NCBI RefSeq assembly: GCF_009914755.1
Contig: NC_060938.1
Source of the DNA: the human T2T-CHM13v2.0 reference genome, Homo sapiens
Strand: one strand, 5' to 3'
Length of the DNA stretch: 64,000 nt
The position numbers and the translations under genes were made by a program. Numbering within the stretch: the first letter of the stretch is position 1; the number at the start of each line of letters is the position of its first letter. The notes under the pieces were generated by a model. That model was given only the letters and a program-made list of their open reading frames with translations, had not been told where the DNA came from and made no database searches. This document shows, piece by piece, positions 27,616 through 40,731 of the stretch.

Positions 27616-27786
27616 AGAACCTGAAGTTGACTTCTAATTTGTAAATATTACTTTGACAGCAGAATGAGAGCCCTCCACAGAAAATAATTTCTAATACCAA
27701 AGTTCTGTTCTCAATAGATTTTCTTTGTTAAACAAGAAATTTAAACATGTCTAAAGAGAAGAAACCAAGACACGTGTTTGTCCTAC

Positions 27787-27937
27787 CTTTATGGTACAGA
27801 CTGAAACTGCTAGAATGAAGGCAAATGTAGTGCTTGTCATCAAAACCTTCATATTTTGTCACACAAAATAATGAACCACTATTGAACTCTAACCAGAATT
27901 CACCATGCTTGTTTTCCAACAGATCTCCATTATCTTG
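27787..27937 (-). CDS. ATG2B: ATG2B exon 21 (151 nt)
   Basis: tag|QDNGDLLENKHGEFWLEF...SFSLYHK|gtagga. Confidence 0.95.
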
Positions 27938-28398
27938 CTAGTAAAAAGATCAGAAAAACACAGAAGTTATTACTTAAATGCAGAAAAGTAAGCATGTTCC
28001 TTGAGATGCTCTTTGTTGATTCAGCTTAGGAAAATCTCCCATACTGCAGCAAAGCAGTCTAATCCTTGAACTATTCAATATCATGGTATAAAATAAAACT
28101 GGATAACTTAAATGCTATGTGGAACCTCTTCTATCAGATGAATCTCTGTACTTTGTTGTCACCCCAGAAGCAGAATTAGCACCTGTTTTCCAAAGGGAGA
28201 GCCCCACAAAGTTTGATCTGCAACAAAAGCTAAATCCCCAAAGTTGCTATCATCATGGTTTGCCCCAGGACACTGGTCTTCATCAGTCCCTGAAACAACT
28301 TCAAAATATCAAATACTTCAATCACTAGATATGTATCCTAGCAGATTTATTTAAAGTAAGATACATTTGAAAAAACACTTCGGATTTGTAAACCTCAC

Positions 28399-28571
28399 CT
28401 TCACATCTGTGAACACTGCTATTAATCCATGATTAATATTCAGAAGAACTGAGAGAAAACTCTGAGAGTTCTTGTTCTGAGAGTCTAATTTTTTTTTCCT
28501 GCGAGAACGATAGTTGGGATCAACAGTGGAAAAATACTGCAAAGTCTCCTCCTCAGATCCACTTTCCTCAT
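28399..28571 (-). CDS. ATG2B: ATG2B exon 20 (173 nt)
   Basis: tag|(D)EESGSEEETLQYFSTVDPNYRSRRKKKL...VFTDVK|gtgagg. Confidence 0.95.
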
Positions 28572-28951
28572 CTATGAGAAATAAACATACAATTACATTC
28601 TGATAGCATATTAAAACAGCAACATAAAAATGATCATGAAAATATTTTATATAACCTGCTTAGTTTTACAAAGAATATGGTGTGAACACAGAAATACATA
28701 CTGTTTTTCTCTTTAGCTTTGAACTTCAAACAATGTGCACACTATCATTCTAAAGAGAACATATTTAAGTGATAATGATATTCTCAATATACAGATAGAA
28801 ATAAGGAAATATTCTTATAAATTACTAAAAGAAATTGCAAAATATAGTTACAATGAAACATAAAGATTTTTAAATCCACAATTCAAAGGTTAGTACTTTG
28901 TTAATTGATAAACTAGGCATTTTAAATCAAAACAAATTAAAAATATATTAC

Positions 28952-29109
28952 CATAGTGAACTGCAGATTTAAATGCACTAAAACTATCTTTGTTGAAAGT
29001 ATTAATGAGCTGACTGGCTACTGAAAGCCCAATGCCATAGGAAATATTCTCGAATGTCTCCACTGGTGAAGGAGCTGTTGGTTCCCACAGTAGCAAGTCA
29101 TTAAAGATC
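28952..29109 (-). CDS. ATG2B: ATG2B exon 19 (158 nt)
   Basis: tag|IFNDLLLWEPTAPSP...FKSAVHY|gtaata. Confidence 0.95.
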
Positions 29110-29559
29110 CTATAAAGACAAAAGTTGAAAAATAAGTACTTAACTCCTAGTTCAACAGAAGGCAAACTTAAAAAAAAATCCTTTTAAAAGATCGTATGAA
29201 CAATAATTTTTTAAACGGCAAAATGGAAATTAGATCCTACAAGAATTTGGAAAAACAACAAAAATAACAACTGCATTCTTTCAATGAAAAAATAACTGAT
29301 ATGGCTATAATGCAGGGCAGTGACAAAAGAATCTGCACAATTAGATACCTAAATAGATACTTGCCTAATTTTACCTATGTTATATACATCAAATTACAAA
29401 TTCATATTACATTTCAAAATATACCTTAGAAACAGAAGCTCATGAAAAATAAAAACCCACAAAGAACAGAAAAGGAGGACGGCTCACCTATATGAGAGCA
29501 CTTTGTAAACTGGAACTGATCCTGCATCATCTCACTGACCCTCCCCTCAGTCCTGTGGG

Positions 29560-29680
29560 GTGTCCAGGGCAGAATCATTATTCTCACTTTACACCTGAAG
29601 AAACTGTCTCATAAAGGTTATGTGACCTTCCCAAAGTCACATGGCTAATTAGTGGAAAAATGGGGATGAAAGTCCAGATT
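29560..29680 (-). mobile_element. MIR fragment
   Basis: 'tttacacctgaagaaactg...gtgaccttcccaaagtcacatggcta'. Confidence 0.6.
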
Positions 29681-32600
29681 ATGTAGATTACATCCAGCTC
29701 CCAATTCAGTTCTTTTTTTAAGGCAAGTATTTATCTGTGGGATCAATTCAGTTCTTTCCCTAGGAATACCTGATTTTTCTCTCATCAGCAACAGAAAGCA
29801 CAGCTTCACTGGGAAGACTTCATGAGATGAAGAATGCATATGGAGCAAAAAATAAGGAGAGAAAAACCCTTATGACTAGCGAGACTAGCCCAATCAATAC
29901 TGGCAACCAATGGGAAGGCATATGTCATACCTAGGCTGTCACCACATCCTACTTTTTCAAAGAACTACCTGTCACTGCTCAGATGCCCCTGTCCTAGCCT
30001 CCTCCCCTCATCCATCCTCGAAGTTTTCAAGAAAACTCAAACTTCACCACGTCTTCTAGTAAACCCATCGTAAGATCTGGACCCACAGCATATGCTTCAC
30101 ACAGACCCACTTAAATCACAGCACCTACAGCACCCTCCTGAATTTTCTCGTTTCCCCTTTTTAGACTGCAAGCCGCCCAAGAGAGGGACTTGTGTCGATC
30201 ATCTCTACATGTGCCTAGCACAGTGGCTGTCACATAACAGGCACGGACAGTTGGTGAGGACAGTGAATGATTCACATGGAAGTGCTGCCAAAACCCAGAC
30301 TCATCGTAAAGCCTGGTGTGAATACCGGTCAAGGCGCCGCGTGGTGAGGCAGCCCTGCCCCCTTCTGTGAGAAGCCACTGCCAGGACAATTCTTGAGCTT
30401 CTGAAGTCCTAGAAGGTGTACACCAGGACTGAGGATTGTGACTCTCAGGAGATTATAATCCACTCACCTATTATGTTCTCCTTATTTATATTTTGGTCTA
30501 AACACAGTCTTGATACCATTAGTACTATCGAATATTGGATGGTGCTTGTAGTATCAAGAAATATCAAGAAAGAAAACAATGCTTAAGATACATAAGGACA
30601 TATCACCATGACTCTGTGTCTATGAGGCTGAAACAAAATAGATGCTCAGTACATATTTAATGAAAGCAATTAGAATTCTTTTTTATATTCTATTTTAAAC
30701 AATTTTCGACACAGAAAACATTCTCCTGTACCTAAAACCATACTGCTAAAAACAGCCTGTTGACCAAGGCACTAAAGGAGTAAATCAACATTTTAAATAT
30801 ATAAAGGCAGAGTTGGTTATAACTCCTGCTCAGAAAAAAAAATGAAAAATAAAAGGATAGTATTGACATATTAAGTAAAACTTGAATGGGGTATGAGGAT
30901 TATATGGTAGTACGTATCCAGTTTAGCTTCCTGCTTCTGAGAGCTGAATTACCAGTTAATGTAGAATGTCCTTGTATGTGGGAAATATGCATTCAAGTAC
31001 TAAACATTGAAGGGACTCAGGTCAGCAACTTACTCTCAGATGGTTAGGGCACGGGGAGTTCTTCGTACTGTAAAGCAAATCTTCTCTGAGAATGTTTGAA
31101 AATTATTTAAACAGTATTAATTTGAAAATACAAAGCCGGATAAGGGGCAAAGGATGCAAACCCTGAGGAAGTTAGATATGAGATTTATATGATCCCAGAA
31201 AGTGAGGGAGCGCTTCAGTATTTATGCAATTCTAGGGGCCTGAGAGACCAAAAAGTGGTTAGTGGAAGGTATTTAATAGAATAGAAACTCTCTTAAGCAA
31301 TCCATTAAACCAACTATCCAGATTAACAGATACATACTCTAATACACGATTCTAATACATACTCCCTGACTTAAGCAGTCAGCTACCCAATTACCCCCAA
31401 GTGCCACAACAACGGAAGCCCCCAATATGCTAACTGCCTGCTGTTGGTGGACATCTCTCTAGTAGAGCTGAGAACTGTTCCTATCAGTGGAGTTATATAT
31501 TTCATATACTCGCCAAAGACCAACTGTGTCTGGCTTCAAATCTGCTTGTATTTGTTACTTTTAAGTATAGTTTAAATAAAAACTGTACCGTTTTAATTAA
31601 TGCAGACTGGGGTAAAAAAAAATCTTAAAAACCTACAAAGATTCTCCTCTTACATATCTCTGAAAAAATTTTTTTCACTTCACTTTAAAGAAACTGGAAC
31701 TAAAAACGGTAGACAATGCCTTCTGGGTACACTTTATGCAAAAAAAAGACAAAATAGTCAGATGCCACATGCAGGATTAAAAAAAAGGAAAGGGGGAAAA
31801 AAAGACAACATAGAATTCCAATCAGTGGCTCATATTCAAAGAAAAGGCCTTGTCCTGTATTTAGAAATGAAGTGGTAAATAAATATACATTTATAAAGTG
31901 AATGTTTAAGGTATGTATTACTGTTCTTGATGCCCTGATTTAATCAAAAGCAATCTGCTCAGTCAATGCAGAATGAGAAAAAAATAGGTCAAGTGTTTTT
32001 GATCTCTGGGCTAGGCCTTGAAAGAGTCATTTCATTTCCCTCAATCTCAGCCTTGCACATACATCAGCTCTTTGCGGACACCCCTGAACTATGAAATAAA
32101 AGGAGGAGCCTAGAGATCAGTCATTTTGAAACTGTAGATCATATATAAACAAACCCCAACATTTAAAACCAATTTGAAACCTCTCTAATGTGAATTGAAT
32201 ATACATTAGGTGCTATTTATAATGTATATTATAAAACAAATATAAAAATATAAATTTTAAAAGATTATTTTTAAAGTTAAACGTAAGTGATAACATTTTC
32301 TTCCTATACCAGAGTGGACTGTTCTCTGAATCTCATTTTCAAGACCACTGAAGTAATGTGAACCCTAGAAGAATCCTGGAACTTAATTTTCTGATTCTAA
32401 GAGCAAAAGTCAATAGCACCCAGTGAGAAAACCCAGGGTTTATTACTAACATTTAAGGAATAAATACCGAGTGGTATCTGATACCAAGTAAACCTACAGC
32501 AGAAACAACAGTCTGAAGTTTCTGAAGATTAATGGAAACTAGAATAACTTGTCTACATGTAGGAAGCTAGTGATGACAAACACTAAGGACTTCTTTTTCT

Positions 32601-32689
32601 AGAAACCCACATGACAATCTTTCAGGTATGCTACGGAGAAATCCCTTCAGTGGGTAGGAATTATAACAGACAACCACTAAGTTCTTACG

Positions 32690-32860
32690 ATATGCCATAC
32701 ACTATTCTCAGAACTCTCCAAGTGTTATATCATTTAATCCTCCAAACAACCCTTATAGGTGGGAGCCAGGATCATCTCCATTTTACAGAAGAGGATGCTG
32801 AGTCTTACAGAGGCTAGATAAACTGCTCAAGGCCTTCAGAGTCTATGACCTAGAATTCCA
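32690..32860 (-). mobile_element. MIR fragment
   Basis: 'catttaatcctccaaacaaccctt...ctccattttacagaagagga'. Confidence 0.65.
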
Positions 32861-33365
32861 TTAGTATCAAAATACCTGCCTGGCATAAATATTGAGGGGT
32901 ATCTAAATATAATAAATTTAAATTTTGTACACGTTCACAGAATTTTGAATTCCAACAAGATATCTTTTTGAATGCTGAAGAAAAGATGCTTCTTGTACAA
33001 TGAATGGGGTTCTGATTCTACTCCAGCATTGGCTAGCTGTATTAGCATCTCTTAACTCTTCACGTCACTGCACATAAAGAAAAAAATTGTATTTGATCGG
33101 TAACCTGCAGTAAGCTGACAGAGGGCAATCAGCCAACCTCAGGGCTGAGGAAATAAATATCTCACACACCCGGCACCACGCTAGTTAGGAAACTCTGCTA
33201 TGACAATAGCACATCATAACGGCAATAGTCACCATCAACACCACACAAAGTACACAGAGATGGCATATAATATTCAGGCAAGGAAAGGAAAGGGGGAAGA
33301 GGAAAATCAGGGAGGCAATTAGAAAATCTGATTCCAAAGATTCAACTAAATGTGTATAAACTCAC

Positions 33366-33508
33366 CTATTATAAAGCTTCTCATAAAAGCTCTTATTAGG
33401 TAGTGTTACATAAATATTTGGTAACGTAAGTTCCAGCACATAGTGAGAATTGCTGATTGCTTTATCCTGAAATTCTGTCATTTCTACAGGGTCTCCTGGC
33501 ATCACCAT
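33366..33508 (-). CDS. ATG2B: ATG2B exon 18 (143 nt)
   Basis: tag|MVMPGDPVEMTEFQDKAISNSHYVLELTLPNIYVTLPNKSFYEKLYN(R)|gtgagt. Confidence 0.95.
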
Positions 33509-33793
33509 CTAAAACATAATAGTTCAGTGCAAAAAAAAAGGCATCCATGTTTAAAATAGTAGTAGCATCTTCTTAGCCTATCCATAGGACTTGGTATGTG
33601 AGAAATAAATAAGCATGAAACATTTAACTAGAGAAAATATACACCAAGAAAAAATAGGTATTATTCAATTTTGAAGTTTAAGACCTAGCAAAAACAGTAC
33701 ACAAGGCATTTTTTTAAAAATAAAAAATCAAAAGCATTGCTCTATGACAGAGAATAATAGTATTATTCCTTTGTAGCTTGCTCACACTTTTAC

Positions 33794-33989
33794 CTGTTCA
33801 TTTTCAAACATTACTCTACGAGAAGAAAAAGGAGATGGGGCTGGTCTTCTTAGATCACAAACATCTTTCAAGGAATGAGCACCTCCTTCCTCTTCCTCCT
33901 GGTAGTGACCATCATTCTCCTCTTCTTCTTCAGCTGCAATTCTCTCCAAAATGGAATGCATGGCTGGTGGATTTATTTTCAGTACAATT
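33794..33989 (-). CDS. ATG2B: ATG2B exon 17 (196 nt)
   Basis: cag|IVLKINPPAMHSILERIAAEEEEEND...PSPFSSRRVMFENEQ|gtaaaa. Confidence 0.95.
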
Positions 33990-34965
33990 CTGATAGCAAA
34001 GACAATTTTAAAAAGACCAAGATCTAAGTGTAAACAGCAAAACTTTAACTTTTGTGCAAATTAATACACACACCACTGGTTAAATCTTAATGATAGAATT
34101 AAACTTCTCTACAAAGTCTAATTATGTCTAAGGTAACCCACTTATGAACATGTTGTAAACTTACAAGTGTGGAACTGAAACAAGTAAGTAACAGAAAGAC
34201 ATAAACATTTTATACTTGGGTAACTGAAGGGGGCAAAAAGGTTATTTTTAAATTTCATTAAAAGTCAGCAAACTTTACCTAAGGATTCTAGTTATCATTA
34301 AACCAAATCTTCTCACATATAGTCTGTTCTGCTATAATAAATTACTTGTCTACCTAAGAAACCTCATGTTATATCAACCTCATATTATATCAGTTGTTCA
34401 AAGGGAAAAGGGAGAAGCTGATTAGGAAACAGTTTCAAAACTCTAACAACAAAGTTATGTTTTCATCTAGTAATTTCAATAATAAAGGGCTGGTGCTGTT
34501 TCTGTTTTATAACCACAAAACCTAAAGATCACTGAGTTAATGCAGCCTATGACTACAAAAACTAATGAGCTTTTTACTCCAGAGTAATCCCTTTCCTAAG
34601 CTTCTACAGAACATCTCTAGCACAGACTTTTCATTCTCCTTTGATTACCACATCCACCCATTGTTATAAGGAGGCATGGAACCCTCAAAGAGAATAGCTG
34701 TGCTGCAACTGCAACTCTTATTCCCTAGGTAGTGGTGTTATTTGGTTTGTAAATGATCACAGGCTTTTTTCCTAATTGATACATATCCTAATATAAATTG
34801 TGCTTCTGAATTATTTAACCGAAGTAGATCCAGTCCTTATGAAACTTGTGCTCTAAACTCATGCTTATTACCAGGTGTGTATGAGCAACATCTGTCCTAA
34901 GAATCTAATCGGTCTAATAGACAGTGGAGAGGAGGAGTAAAGCAAGGCAGGCAGAAAAATAGCAC

Positions 34966-35041
34966 AACAAGGTTTGAGGGTGACACATCTCACACATTCA
35001 TGTGAACACCCAATCATCACGCTTATGAACCACAAAAGAAT
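34966..35041 (-). pseudogene. U13 (SNORD13) snoRNA-derived pseudogene, 3'-truncated
   Basis: minus strand reads ATTCTTTTGTGGTTCATAAGCGTGATGATTGGGTGTTCACATGAATGTGTGAGATGTGTCACCCTCAAACCTTGTT, matching the first ~76 nt of U13; box C present, box D absent. Confidence 0.85.
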
Positions 35042-35149
35042 CAAGGATGGACATGTTTAGCTTATATTTAATAGACAAAATGTTGGTTTAAAAGAATATT
35101 TTATTTTTAAAAGGAAAATCCTATTAAACCTATGCATTTGCTTACTCAC

Positions 35150-35252
35150 CGTGGCCAGTCAAAGTCATCTGACGATGTTGTATCTCCATCTACTCCACTA
35201 GACACATGGAAAAACTTAATAGATGGATCTCCTTTCTCTTCCTGGAACGATC
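35150..35252 (-). CDS. ATG2B: ATG2B exon 16 (103 nt)
   Basis: tag|(G)SFQEEKGDPSIKFFHVSSGVDGDTTSSDDFDWP(R)|gtgagt. Confidence 0.95.
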
Positions 35253-35657
35253 CTAAAAAAAAAGACTGATTTACTGAAATGTGCTTCTTCTCAAGTACTA
35301 AAAGAAGAGATGGAGGAGCAAAGATCCTCTCAATCAGGAACATAATGCAACCTTAAGTTCTACAGCATTTTTCAGTTGTTCTGGTTTCATGTGCACGTGT
35401 GGTAGACAGAATGAGCCAATAAATTAAAGATTCTGTTTTGTGTTCAAACTCAAATTCTTAAGTACCAAGGTACACTGCATAAAGTACATAATGACATAGT
35501 AAATAGAGCAAGCACTTACCACTTACTAAGTGCTATTAGTGATTATTTCTTCATAAAGTCTATATAATCTACCACTAGAAAAATAACTACATTTCTTAAA
35601 TATGTATTTTGTACCAAACACTGTAAGAAACACCTCTGTTCAAAATAATTCTACACG

Positions 35658-35941
35658 GGCTGGGCGCGGTGACTCACACCTGTAATCCCAGCATTTGGGA
35701 GGCTGAGGCAGGCGGATCACCTGAGGTCAGGAGTTAAGAGACCAGCCTCTCCAACATGGAAAAAACCCGTCTCTACTAAAAAATACAAAAATTAGCTGGG
35801 TGTGGTGACATCCAACTGAGGCACGAGAATCGCTTGAAGCCAGGAGATGAAGATTGCAGTGAGCCAAGATCATGCCACTGCACTCCAGCCTGGGCAACAA
35901 AGCAAGACTCTGTCTGAAAAACAAAAACAACAACAACAAAA
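35658..35941 (+). mobile_element. AluS with small internal deletion
   Basis: dimer, aattctayacg duplication. Confidence 0.9.
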
Positions 35942-36349
35942 ATTCTATACGTGTTTTTTCAATCCATTTTACAAATGAAAAATGGCTTTCCTCCAGAATA
36001 ATGAGTTTCTCACCACTGGAGATAAGGGATGATCTCACAACACCTGAAGGCCCTTTCATGAAGTCATAATTGACAACAATCAATTTTAAATACCTCTTAA
36101 GATACGTAAAACCGAGAGAGAAAAGAAGGGGAACTTTTGCAAACTATTCTCATGAGGGGTGGGAGTGTGGTTGCGGAGAGAGGGTGTCGTGGCAGAGGCA
36201 GGTGGTCTAGGAACCACAGGATAAAAGGTTTTCCAGGTCTTCATAGACTTGGTTCACTTTAAAGTTTTTATAAATTCCCTTCATTAACTGACAAAAACAA
36301 AGTAATGCAGAAAAAATCAAAACGAGTTTTACAAATAAAAGTCACTAGC

Positions 36350-36530
36350 GATTAGTTAGTGTAATGGTTGAAAGCTCAAGCTCCACTGTCAGACTTGGGT
36401 TCAAATCTTGATTCTGCCATTGACTACAACATGATCTTGGTAGATACTTCCTTCTAGGTCCACAGATGGTCTCATCTATTAAATTATAAAAATAACTGGA
36501 AAAATAAACATATGGTGATTATGATGACTA
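36350..36530 (+). mobile_element. MIR
   Basis: 'cttgggttcaaatcttgattctgccattgactac'. Confidence 0.6.
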
Positions 36531-36902
36531 AAAAAACAAGAAAATGTGTATCAAGTGCTTAGCATAATATTTAACATACAGTGGCACTTAACAAGTTCTA
36601 TTATCAGTCCTACAATAAATAAACGAGAGGTGGTAATAAAAATGTAGGCTAAAGTACTACACTCTCCTGCAGTAAACAGGAATTTTAACAAAGTGAATGA
36701 ATCATCATCCTTAGTTTTTAAAAAATTACCTATATCACATATTTGCATACAATACTAGAAAGACATTGTTGCTGTTGATTTTAACATAATGTTCTTTAAT
36801 TGTACTATATTGCAGGGCTGTCAGATACTTTTGTGATGTTAAGTTTCAGTAGCAGTTGTTTGTTATCTAGGATGGTTCTTTTACAGGCACATTCAATCTT
36901 AC

Positions 36903-37176
36903 CAATTAGTTCTCTAAAGGTAAGTTCCAATTTAATTTGTTCTGGGGTTGATCCTCCTATAAATTCAGTCTTAAATTCTAGATCTGTGAAGGCTAAATAA
37001 AGGATCTCCTTCTGAAGTGACTTCTTAAACCATGGTCCTCTTTCTTGATCAGATCGAAGATCAGGTATTGGGAAGCGAACAGAAAGGTTTAATGCTGGTG
37101 TGGCAACTTGTACTGATATCCGACAATTTGCAGGACTATGTGAATCATCTAGAAACACTTCAGTGAAAGCCTTGTG
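36903..37176 (-). CDS. ATG2B: ATG2B exon 15 (274 nt)
   Basis: tag|HKAFTEVFLDD...LSVRFPIPDLRS...TFRELI|gtaaga. Confidence 0.96.
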
Positions 37177-37979
37177 CTAAAACACAAAACATCAAAAATA
37201 TGCCAAAATATTAAAGTAAATGAACATAAATTACACAGTATTCAACATTACAATATGTATAATCACTATCTCCCCATTTGGTATAATGCATTAAAAGTCA
37301 ATTCAAATTAACCACTACCATATTAATTTAGTGTAAAAAAATTTTATAATGCAACAACTATTAGCAAAAGTGAAAACTATTGGCAAAAGTTAAACTCTGA
37401 AATAAAAAATTAAATTAAAAACTGAGCCAAAGTGAAGACAAAGGCACTATATATTAATATTTATCTTACTATAAATTTATAAAGAATACGGTGTAAATTA
37501 GCCTACCAACAAATTCAATACGGTTAAAAATCACTGTAGTGTCCAACATTCAGTTTGAAAGACTTTTCTACCAATATATGATTTTAAATACTCAATGTGA
37601 AATCAGATGAATTATGCCAAATACAATCGCTGACTCAACTTTGTACTTCTAAGATAAAACCCAGAGGCTGGCACATCACAGGTTCTAAATAAATATTCAC
37701 TAAATGACGCACTCTGAGCTCCTATCCAATCCAAGGGTATGATCTCATCAAATGGTTCTATGAGACCAAGATATATGCACCATTTTACCCAAAGCCATCT
37801 TACAATAAAAGGGTCAAAGAACATCCCATTCAAATAGAAATCTATTTCTATTTTTTCTCTAAAATATATTGAAACTAAAAAAGCTTTATTCCACTCTACG
37901 TTGTAACACTCCTCAGTTTCTTCAATCAATTTCTAACCTCCATGATTTGAAAACTCCCTGCATATGCTAGACTTACAAT

Positions 37980-38112
37980 TTTTGTGTTTGTTTTTTTCGA
38001 AACAGGTCTTGCTGTATCACCCAGGCTGGTCTCAAACTCCTGGGCTCAAGCAATCCTCCTGCTTCAGCCTCCTGAGTTGCTGGGACTATGGGTGCAAGCC
38101 ACCACACCCATC
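37980..38112 (-). mobile_element. FLAM/AluJ monomer
   Basis: single arm, agactt duplication. Confidence 0.8.
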
Positions 38113-38302
38113 CAGACTTGGATTTTTAACAAATCTATTCTAACTCTCCCCATTTGATTTGCTAATATTTAACCACCACTCTCAGGCAAAAATAACCCAA
38201 CAGATTAAACCATCATCCAATTGCATATATAGTTACAGCTAATATACAGACTACCCCACAGAAACTAAAATAACTAGCAATTGATAACAATAACAAAGAA
38301 TG

Positions 38303-38512
38303 CCCAGCCTGGGAAACATAGGGAGACAAAATATAAAAACTTAACCGGGTGTGGTGGCACATGCATGTAGCCCCAACTATTTGGGGGGCTGAGGTAGAAG
38401 GATCGCTTAAGCCAAGGGGGTCAAGACTGAAGTGAGCTGATACCGTATGACAGCACTGCGGTCTGGGCAACAGATGTCTGTCTCAATAATAATAATAATA
38501 ATAATAATAATA
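38303..38512 (+). mobile_element. partial AluJ with (AAT)n tail
   Basis: right arm plus about 9 AAT units. Confidence 0.8.
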
Positions 38513-39073
38513 AACAATGCTAATTTGATGTGAATACTCAATACTAAGAGAAAAGCAAAGAAGTAGAAAAATAAAATATCTTTTTCCTTTTCTTTTTAAC
38601 TAAGGTTGTCTCCATCTGATCCTGGTCCTCTGGCCCCAAAATTCCTAACAGACTTCTTGCAAACTTGACTGATTTAATTTGCTTAGAAAAGACCCCAGGC
38701 ACCAGATGCAAGTAAAAGTGATATAATGTGATGTTCAATAGATTATTTTCAAAAGTATATCCCATATTGTTTGGGCTTCATGTTTTAGGTAGTTCAAGTA
38801 ACTTATCAAATGTATAAATAGATAAAATTTTATAAAGTCGTTATAATCACAGCTTATAAAAACTCTGATAGACATGAAAAGTAAAGGAAACCTAATTCCA
38901 CTGTAATATAAACAATGCTACTGACTGGCATATTTCTCGCCATTCTTTTTCTATACATCAATTTTATTTACACAGGTGTGACAAGTTTATGTAAAGCAAT
39001 ATATTCTACTTTTTCATTTAATCCTTGATGAGCCTTCTTCATGTTGTTATACCATCTTCATAACCATCATTTT

Positions 39074-39362
39074 CTTTTTCTTTTTCTTGAGACAGAGTCT
39101 CGCTCTGTCACCCAAGCTGAAGTGCAGTGATGCGATCTAACTGCAACCTCCGCCTCCTGGGTTCAAGCTATTCTCATGCCTCAGCCTCCTGAGTAGCTGA
39201 GATTACAGGTGTGTGCCACCATGCCCAGTTAATTTTTGTATTTTTAGTAGAGACAGAGTTTCGCCATGTTGGCCAGGCTTGTCTCGAACTGGCCTCAAGT
39301 GATCCTCCCACCTCAGCCTCCTAAAGTGTTGGGATTACAGGTGTGAGCCGCCACGCCTGGCC
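39074..39362 (-). mobile_element. AluS
   Basis: dimer, ataaccatcatttt duplication. Confidence 0.9.
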
Positions 39363-39594
39363 ATAACCATCATTTTAAATGACCACATAACATTTCATTC
39401 AGTGTGTCTCAAAAACTTATTTAGCTAGTCTACTATCAAGACATAAAAGATGTCTCCTTTTTTTATTATTACAAATAATGCTATTTTAATTATACTGTTT
39501 AATCTATTAAAAATACTTAAGTTCAGAAATTATCTCAATAACCCTATTAGCTAACCATAATTATGATTAGTATTTGCAGCTTTTGAATACTTAC

Positions 39595-39783
39595 CAGACT
39601 AATATGTTTATTATATGAAGTATACATGTGGGATGCCATCATCTCTACTGTGGCAAGTTTCTGTGGTTGAAGCAAGGAATTTAACCTGTCCACAATACTG
39701 ATATCCAGCTCACAACACACTGGATTTAATTTAATTTGCAATTCTGCCTTGTGAGGAACTGAACTAAGTCTTGCTTGATTACC
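39595..39783 (-). CDS. ATG2B: ATG2B exon 14 (189 nt)
   Basis: aag|GNQARLSSVPHKAELQIKLNPVCCELDISIVDRLNSLL...KHISL|gtaagt. Confidence 0.95.
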
Positions 39784-39921
39784 CTTTTAAAAAAAAAAAA
39801 GAAAAGGCATTAATACAATCACTAAAAACTACTATATAATTGGGTTAAAACCTTATAATTGTGACAAAATATATATCAGATTAAAATTTACAGGTGGCAA
39901 TTATAGAAAAAGATCTCTTAC

Positions 39922-40014
39922 CTGGGGCCCTCTATTCTCAGAATGCTTATAATGAAGCTGAAGACACACAGGGGAATGGGAACCAGTTTCTTCTTTGGAA
40001 TGGAACGTTAAAAG
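39922..40014 (-). CDS. ATG2B: ATG2B exon 13 (93 nt)
   Basis: aag|LLTFHSKEETGSHSPVCLQLHYKHSENRGPQ|gtaaga. Confidence 0.94.
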
Positions 40015-40084
40015 CTTAAAAGTAAAGATGAAGATAAATTAAATGTATTAATCACAAGAATTTACAGAGGTGCCCATACAATAA

Positions 40085-40260
40085 TGAGAAAGGCTTTCTG
40101 AAGTCAGAAATCTGGTTTTAAGTTTCATTTTTGTCACTTACTAGCAATGTGAACCTTAGACAAGTTAGTTAACTCATGTGATATCTCATCTGTAAAATGT
40201 AGGCGAGGATTCAAATAAATTCATTTCCAAGAAAGTGTTTTTGAAATAAAACACTATAAA
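40085..40260 (+). mobile_element. MIR
   Basis: 'tcacttactagcaatgtgaaccttagacaagttagttaac...ctcatctgtaaaatg'. Confidence 0.7.
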
Positions 40261-40731
40261 GGGTCAAAGTAACAGCAATGAACATAACTTTGACAGTTTT
40301 CTAAAGTTTCTTTAGGTCACACTTTTACATTAGGAAAAATATCAGAAAAATGGTGAATGAACACAAGACATTTAACTTGTCTTAAACAATGCTTAGCACA
40401 CAGCAGGCATTCGATAATTATTTGTTCAATAATCAAATTCTTCTGAAATGAAGAGTGCTTTGAACATGAGTGAAATGAAGTCATTTCTCTCATAACCCAC
40501 CTGTCACTCCTAAACAAGTCAACTCTAATTTAAAATTCTAACAGATCCTTATAACGATGTTGAGTGACATTCTTAAATATATTTCTATAGAACACAAGTG
40601 CAAAAAGAAAATGACAATATTCCTCCTATGGCTTTCTATACATTTTTAAAGAAAATCATTGCCTCATACAATCATTAAAAAGCAAGGTAGATTTAAAAAA
40701 TAATCTTAAAGAAAAAGTATTCAATATTTAC

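Noticed and set aside
28119-28328. 69-aa plus-strand ORF in non-repetitive-looking intron 20 sequence
   Set aside because: GTG start, no recognisable homology or splice context
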